Part shown: piece by piece, positions 59,081 through 64,000 of the stretch
Layout: the number at the start of each line of letters is the position of its first letter
Numbering within the stretch: the stretch's first letter is position 1
DNA from: an uncultured Nitratifractor sp.
GTDB taxonomy: Bacteria > Campylobacterota > Campylobacteria > Campylobacterales > Sulfurovaceae
Length of the DNA stretch: 64,000 bases
Assembly: GCA_947311565.1 (NCBI GenBank)
Contig: CAMZLH010000012.1
Location: forward strand, 3,173 to 67,172
Direction of reading: 5' to 3'
The notes under the pieces: model-generated
Database searches by the model: none
Told to the model about the DNA's origin: nothing
The model's input: the letters and a program-made list of their open reading frames with translations, nothing else
Program-made: the position numbers and the translations under genes

Positions 59081-59938
59081 TTAATCATTTACTAATTTAA
59101 CTATTTTTTTATCTTTTAATATATATCCATATGGCGATATTTTGTAGGGTAGTTCACTATACCCTTTTTTAGAGATAGTAGATGCAACTTTTAATGCGAC
59201 TTTATCTTTGCTATCTACAATCATTACAGCATCTCTTGCAGGAATAAATATTACAATATCTCCTTCTATTTTAATGCCTTTATCTATCAAAAACTTTTTA
59301 TTAACAATTATAGATGCTTCGTAATTATGTTTTGCTGATAAAATATATACTCCTTTGCTATTTTTAATATCTTTATGAATAATTGTAGCACCAATATTGT
59401 TATAATATTTAGTTAAATTTTCAACTGCTATCTCTTTTATATTTTCAAGTTTTAGCCTCTTGATATCGATATTTGTAACATATTTCATACTTTCAGGAGT
59501 GTCGAATACATAAAGTAGATAAAGATTGTCTGAAATTTTACGATGATAAATATCGTTAACTTTATTTAACTTTTTAAATGCTAACTTAAGCTCTTGTATA
59601 TACTCTTTAGATTTAACTACGGGCAGTATTTCATCTTTCTTGCCACTTTTAAATAGATTTTTACTATTTTTTAAAGAGTAAGTATGTCTTGAAAAGATAT
59701 TATTAAAGCTATCTTTACTTAATGTATACTCTTTATAGGCATTATCTAAATATATAATGTCATCATCGCTATTTATGCATAACTCTCCACATAGTTTAAA
59801 GGATTGTTTTGTATATTTTTTAGTTAAATTATCTTTAAAAAGTATAGTAAACTCTTGTTTAGATAGAGTATTTGCAGATAGAGTAGTTAAAGTAAATATT
59901 AGTATGAAAAATAGTTTTATGTATATGTTTTTTTTCAT
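59081..59938 (-). CDS. Hypothetical secreted protein (weak DUF1444-like resemblance)
   Basis: Signal peptide. No catalytic motif recognised. Confidence 0.45.
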   Translation of the reverse strand: MKKNIYIKLFFILIFTLTTLSANTLSKQEFTILFKDNLTKKYTKQSFKLCGELCINSDDDIIYLDNAYKEYTLSKDSFNNIFSRHTYSLKNSKNLFKSGKKDEILPVVKSKEYIQELKLAFKKLNKVNDIYHRKISDNLYLLYVFDTPESMKYVTNIDIKRLKLENIKEIAVENLTKYYNNIGATIIHKDIKNSKGVYILSAKHNYEASIIVNKKFLIDKGIKIEGDIVIFIPARDAVMIVDSKDKVALKVASTISKKGYSELPYKISPYGYILKDKKIVKLVND

Positions 59939-60107
59939 TATTAATCTTTTTTATATTATAGCTCTTGCATAACTTAATAAATATAATCTTTAAAATATAT
60001 ATCTATTAAAGAACTCTATTATAACAATATTTTGCTATACTCTTGTTAAGTTTTTTAAGGAGTCTAATATATTAGAAGGTAAAAAAAGGTCAGATATTGA
60101 GTGTGGT

Positions 60108-60266
60108 ATGGATGTTGCAATTGTTTTAAAAGAGGATCAGGCTAGTGGGTACTTAACCTATGGCAAGGTTGTGCAGATTTTGACAAAGTCGGCTACTCAT
60201 CCGCATGGTATTAAAGTAAGGTTATCAACTGGCGAGGTTGGTAGGGTTAAAGAGTTTGTAAAATGA
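60108..60266 (+). CDS. YwbE-family (DUF2196) small protein. The homologous region seems to extend upstream of the first ATG.
   Basis: ..DVAIVLKEDQASGYLTYGKVVQILTKSATHPHGIKVRLSTGEVGRVKEF. Not in the ORF track because it is under 60 aa from the ATG. The frame is open from 59994, and AAGGAG lies at 60057-60062. Confidence 0.6.
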   Translation: MDVAIVLKEDQASGYLTYGKVVQILTKSATHPHGIKVRLSTGEVGRVKEFVK

Positions 60267-60715
60267 GACTATTTATAGATGGCGATGCTTTTCCTAATTT
60301 GTTAAAGACTATTGTTTTTAGAGCAATAGAGAGGCTGAGTATTGAGACAAAGGTGGTATCTAATAAAAAAATTTCTATTGGTAACAGTAGCAAATTTATA
60401 GAGTATATTATAGTAGAGCAGGGTGCTGATGTTGCAGATAAAAAGATTGTAGAGCTATGTAGTGGAGGCGACTTTGTTATTACAGCTGATATTCCACTTG
60501 CAGATGCTATTATATCTTTAGATGCATATGCACTAGACCATAGAGGTGAACTTTATACTAAAGAGAATATAAAACAGTTATTAGCAATGAGAAATTTAAT
60601 GGAGAGTATTAGAGAGAGTGGAGAGATAACAAAAGGTCCTAAAGCATTTAGTCAAAAAGATGCACACCATTTTGCTAATTCATTTAATAGCCTTCTTGTA
60701 AAACTTGTAAATTAA
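60263..60715 (+). CDS. YaiI/YqxD-family (UPF0178, DUF188) protein
   Basis: N-terminal M.LFIDGDA.P and a central ITADIPLA motif. ATGA overlap with the ywbE-like stop. Confidence 0.7.
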   Translation: MRLFIDGDAFPNLLKTIVFRAIERLSIETKVVSNKKISIGNSSKFIEYIIVEQGADVADKKIVELCSGGDFVITADIPLADAIISLDAYALDHRGELYTKENIKQLLAMRNLMESIRESGEITKGPKAFSQKDAHHFANSFNSLLVKLVN

Positions 60716-60782
60716 ATATTTTTTTTGAGTAAATATTTTAAAAGTTTTAATATGTTAAATTAGTTTGTAAGCAGAAAAGAGA

Positions 60783-61823
60783 TTAATCTCTTTTGCTAGC
60801 TTCTTGGCACAGTTTTACAAAATATTTTGCATTTTCTACTGGTACATCTGGCAATATTCCGTGACCTAAGTTAAAGATGTGTCTTCCATCTTTCATAAGC
60901 TCTGCAAGAGACTCTACACACTCTTTTGTTGCCTCTTTGCTATATAGTCTTGTTGGCTCCATATTTCCTTGCAGTACGTATTTGTCGCCAAGTTTCTCTT
61001 TTGCAAGTGCCATTGGAGTTGACCAATCTACCCCAAATACATCAAAGTTTCCATATACTAAATCTTGCTCTATAAATGATGCTACGCCTTTAGGGAACAT
61101 TATTATTGGAGTATCTGGGAATTTACTCTTTAAGTAGTCTGCAATCTCTACCATATATTTCCAGCTAAACTCATCATATTTACTTGGCTCTATTGCGCTT
61201 GCCCAGCTATCGAAAATTTGAACAACATCTATACCTGCTTCTATCTGTTTTTCCATATATAGCTTAACAACTTCGGTAACTTTTGCTAAGATATTGTGTA
61301 GTAACTCTGGGTTAGAGTACATCATCTTTTTACATATATTATATGTCTTTGTACCTTGCCCCTCTATCATATATGTTGCAAGTGTCCATGGTGCTCCACA
61401 AAAGCCAATTAGAGCTTTGTCATCTGATAATCTCTCTTTGATTAGCTTAATTGTATCGTAAACATAAGTTAATTTACTAGCAGCCTCTTCACCACCTATT
61501 AATCTATCTAAATCTTCTTGACTCTCAAGAGGGTCTGAAAATTTTGGTCCTTCGCCCTTTACAAAGCTTAAGTCCATGCCCATCTCGTCTGGAATTACTA
61601 AAATATCACTAAATAAAATTGCTGCATCTACACCAACAATATCGATAGGTTGCAAAGTTACCTCACAAGCCATTTCAGGGTTATGGCATAGTGATAAAAA
61701 GTCTCCAGCTTTTGCTCTTACTTCCATATACTCAGGAAGGTATCTTCCTGCTTGTCTCATCATCCAAACTGGAGTGTATGGTGTCTCTTTTCCAAGACAC
61801 GCGTCTATAAAAATTTTACTCAT
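60783..61823 (-). CDS. hemE: Uroporphyrinogen decarboxylase
   Basis: [15 protein letters not shown] plus full-length similarity. I prefer the ATG at 61823 (MSKIF..), giving an 8-nt overlap with the upstream gene. Confidence 0.93.
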   Translation of the reverse strand: MSKIFIDACLGKETPYTPVWMMRQAGRYLPEYMEVRAKAGDFLSLCHNPEMACEVTLQPIDIVGVDAAILFSDILVIPDEMGMDLSFVKGEGPKFSDPLESQEDLDRLIGGEEAASKLTYVYDTIKLIKERLSDDKALIGFCGAPWTLATYMIEGQGTKTYNICKKMMYSNPELLHNILAKVTEVVKLYMEKQIEAGIDVVQIFDSWASAIEPSKYDEFSWKYMVEIADYLKSKFPDTPIIMFPKGVASFIEQDLVYGNFDVFGVDWSTPMALAKEKLGDKYVLQGNMEPTRLYSKEATKECVESLAELMKDGRHIFNLGHGILPDVPVENAKYFVKLCQEASKRD

Positions 61824-62388
61824 GTGAACCACCACCTTTATGCATAAAATAAAAAGCTAATGCTATTAAAAATATTGATGCTGCAAGAGCTAACATCTCT
61901 GTTGCATCACTATAAGTTGTATTCATAGCTCTCTTGAAAAACCCAACCATTAAAACCATAATAATAACTTTTGCCAATTTGTCTTTAAGCTCATCTAAAG
62001 AGTGTATCTCTAAAATTTTAGAAGCAGGGCTTTTTTGGGCAATATCGATCTGTGAAATAAATAGCTCATATAGACCAAATCCAAATAGAAACAAAACTAT
62101 AGCAATTAAATATAGGTCTACTGCTCCAATTAAATCACTAACCAATACTTCATGGAAATTTTCTGGGTGTGCATGGTTTACATAAACATTAAATACCAAT
62201 TTAGCAACACCCACAACATCTACACTTGCTACAATAAATAGTAAAATACCACCTATCATACTAAATATAACGGCCAAAATTACAAAAAATCTTGTACTCC
62301 ATAAAACAGTCTCAAAACTACTCTCTATCATAGATTGATTTTTTAAATCCATCTCTAAATGCTCTTTGTCTGTATGCTTCTCTTTCAT
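61816..62388 (-). CDS. YqhA-family (UPF0114) membrane protein
   Basis: [24 protein letters not shown] and SLDELKDKL motifs. I prefer the ATG at 62388 (TAATG junction with asd). The alternative start is 62412. Confidence 0.6.
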   Translation of the reverse strand: MKEKHTDKEHLEMDLKNQSMIESSFETVLWSTRFFVILAVIFSMIGGILLFIVASVDVVGVAKLVFNVYVNHAHPENFHEVLVSDLIGAVDLYLIAIVLFLFGFGLYELFISQIDIAQKSPASKILEIHSLDELKDKLAKVIIMVLMVGFFKRAMNTTYSDATEMLALAASIFLIALAFYFMHKGGGSHE

Positions 62389-63428
62389 TAAATATCCTCT
62401 AACTCTATCCACTTTTGTGCAATTCTAACAGCATTTGTTGCTGCTCCTACTCTAACTTGGTCTGCTACTACCCACATATGTAAAATATTATCTTGGAATA
62501 TATCTTTTCTAACTCTACCAACATAAGTAATATCTGTATCTGTTGCAATAATTGGCATTGGGTAGATACCTTGTTCTAGATTATCCATAACCTCTACATT
62601 TTCAAAATTATTCAATGCTAATCTAGCTTGTTCAAGATCTACTTTTACGCTATTAGCAAATGTAACTGTAACAGCTTCACTATGGCTTCTCAGTACTGGC
62701 ACTCTTACACAAGTTGCACTAACAGGTATATTTGTACCCATTATTTTTGTAGTTTCGTTTGTCATTTTCATCTCTTCTTTTGTGTATCCATTATCTATAG
62801 GTACATCTATCTGAGGTATAACATTTAGTGCAATTTGGTGAGAAAAAGCTTTATGTTCGCTCTCATCTAATTTAAATGCAAAGAAGTCTTGCATTTGGCG
62901 AACAAGCTCCTCCATACCACTTTTACCAGCACCACTTGTTGCTTGATAAGTGCTAACATCAACTCTTTTTATATCTCCATATAGGTTTAAAAGAGGCTTA
63001 AGAGCTAATACCATCTGAATAGTAGAGCAGTTAGGGTTTGCAATAACTCCTGTTTCTCTCCAAGCTGCTATATCTTCTGGATTAACCTCTGGCACTACTA
63101 ATGGAACATTTGAGTCCATTCTAAAGTGACTAGTATTATCAATTACTACTGCGCCAGATTCGACAGCATATTTAGCATATTTTGCCGAAATACTACCACC
63201 CGCACTAAAGAAAGCAATATCTATATCTCTACCATCAAATACACTCTCTGTAAGCTCTTCGACTTTTACTCTTTTTCCATTAAACTCTATCTCACTACCT
63301 GCACTTTTAGCACTTGCTAGTGGTAATAGCTCTCCTACTGGAAAGTTTTGCTCTTCTAATATTCTAAAAAGCTCCTCTCCAACAGCACCAGTTGCTCCAA
63401 CAACTGCTACATTAAATTTTCTACTCAT
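62388..63428 (-). CDS. asd: Aspartate-semialdehyde dehydrogenase
   Basis: VAVVGATGAVG, active-site NPNCSTI and a C-terminal DQ.R.GAA. The start is probably MSRKF at 63428; the ORF track extends it to 63446. Confidence 0.92.
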   Translation of the reverse strand: MSRKFNVAVVGATGAVGEELFRILEEQNFPVGELLPLASAKSAGSEIEFNGKRVKVEELTESVFDGRDIDIAFFSAGGSISAKYAKYAVESGAVVIDNTSHFRMDSNVPLVVPEVNPEDIAAWRETGVIANPNCSTIQMVLALKPLLNLYGDIKRVDVSTYQATSGAGKSGMEELVRQMQDFFAFKLDESEHKAFSHQIALNVIPQIDVPIDNGYTKEEMKMTNETTKIMGTNIPVSATCVRVPVLRSHSEAVTVTFANSVKVDLEQARLALNNFENVEVMDNLEQGIYPMPIIATDTDITYVGRVRKDIFQDNILHMWVVADQVRVGAATNAVRIAQKWIELEDI

Positions 63429-64000
63429 TACTCTCATCTCCGTCATTATTTTCTATTTCAGTATCATCTTCTACTTTATCTTTTGGGCACTTTGCTACAC
63501 TTACTACACTATCGCCCTTATCAACATTTACTATAATAACACCACTAGTATTTCTACCAGCTTTTCTTATAGTTTGCATATCTACTCTAATCATCTTACC
63601 TGTACTTGTTAATGCCATTAAATCTTGCTCTTCATCGACAAGTACACTACCTACAACTTTTTTGCCTGTTTTATTACTAAGTTTCATAGATATAACACCA
63701 CTACCTGCTCTATTAGTTAAACGATACTCTTCAACATTTGTTCGTTTACCAACACCTTTTTCGCTAACAGTTAGTAACTCTTGGCTCTCACTATCAATTA
63801 CACTAGCATCTACAACATAATCTTCATCACTTTTAAATTTAATTCCTCTTACACCTCTTGTATTTCTACCTTGAGTTCTTGTCTTATCTAAATCAAATCT
63901 AATTACTTGCCCATAAGCTGTAAAGATCATTAAATATTGAGAGTTAGTATCTGCAATTTGAGCTGTTACAATTTCATCTTCTTCATCTAGAACAATTGCT
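63421..64000 (-). CDS. gyrA: DNA gyrase subunit A, C-terminal beta-pinwheel domain plus acidic tail (partial, continues past the window end)
   Basis: Repeated GyrA CTD blades (..TRGVRGI.., ..AGSGVI.., ..GRNTSGV..). The frame is open to base 64000. Confidence 0.85.
   Translation of the reverse strand, partial: AIVLDEEDEIVTAQIADTNSQYLMIFTAYGQVIRFDLDKTRTQGRNTRGVRGIKFKSDEDYVVDASVIDSESQELLTVSEKGVGKRTNVEEYRLTNRAGSGVISMKLSNKTGKKVVGSVLVDEEQDLMALTSTGKMIRVDMQTIRKAGRNTSGVIIVNVDKGDSVVSVAKCPKDKVEDDTEIENNDGDESNE

Noticed and set aside
58880-59100. Tiny + strand ORFs after the MTase fusion (for example ATG 59011 giving MQNLEEKQVKSAIFELFNLLKKYFNHLLI*), and an AT-only hairpin aaattttc/gaaaattt at 58906-58925.
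   Set aside because: There is no RBS. The ORF runs into the 3' end of the convergent gene. The hairpin is weak (one G:C pair, no U-tract), so it is at best a feeble terminator. I mention it only as a possible remnant at the island edge.
62388-63446. Apparent long overlaps of asd with gyrA (26 nt) and with the YqhA-like gene (25 nt), considered as unusual gene nesting.
   Set aside because: Downstream in-frame ATGs (63428 and 62388) give ordinary 8-nt and 1-nt overlaps, and the resulting N-termini match the conserved starts (MSRKFNVAVVGATG..).
1-64000. Scanned for rRNA, tRNA, CRISPR arrays, integrases and transposases.
   Set aside because: I recognised no cloverleaf-like GTTCGAATC/T-loop contexts, no regularly spaced direct repeats, and no recombinase or transposase motifs in any listed ORF. 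This was an eye scan only. tRNAscan, Infernal and CRISPR finders should confirm it.

Overview
The window is a low-GC chromosomal segment. Gene content and local order (glyA, a DUF1882-like gene, a SPOR protein, then aroE; also rny, cmoB, NIT-type hybrid kinases) fit a Campylobacterota genome, possibly Arcobacter-like. That taxon call is inference only. Most of the window is tightly packed housekeeping: lpxH, lysS, fur-family, cvpA, pilT, gatC, dapE, glyA, trpE-family, aroE, dprA, carB, uvrC, nadB, guaA, dgkA, cmoB, rny, ftsY, radA, acpS, thiS, pepD-like, hemE, asd and a partial gyrA. I found no rRNA, tRNA or CRISPR array.

The clearest accessory region is a roughly 5.5 kb insertion at 53572-59080, between a pepD-like gene and a secreted-protein gene, and it looks more AT-rich than its flanks. 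It carries a three-gene, same-strand module:
- a DUF1837-like PD-(D/E)xK protein (HamA-like);
- an overlapping Ski2-like SF2 helicase (HamB-like), which together look like a Hachiman-type defence pair;
- a single 601-aa ORF in which a complete cytosine-5 DNA methyltransferase runs without a stop into a roughly 250-aa PD-(D/E)xK nuclease-like domain. A well-placed Shine-Dalgarno plus an in-frame ATG sit exactly at the junction.

Other items worth a second look:
- a translationally coupled xpaC / telA / SPFH-like-GYF / HDAC-family operon, preceded by a 24-codon hydrophobic micro-ORF;
- a MITE-like element upstream of glyA;
- a topoisomerase-type zinc-ribbon tail on LysRS;
- two paralogous lipoproteins that share a DPELLGPQSTLD motif and flank an orphan thiS;
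- a Tat-lipoprotein GMC oxidoreductase isolated between long non-coding stretches;
- an Hpt / NIT-hybrid kinase / receiver phosphorelay operon.

All functional calls come from motif recognition by eye. No database search was run.
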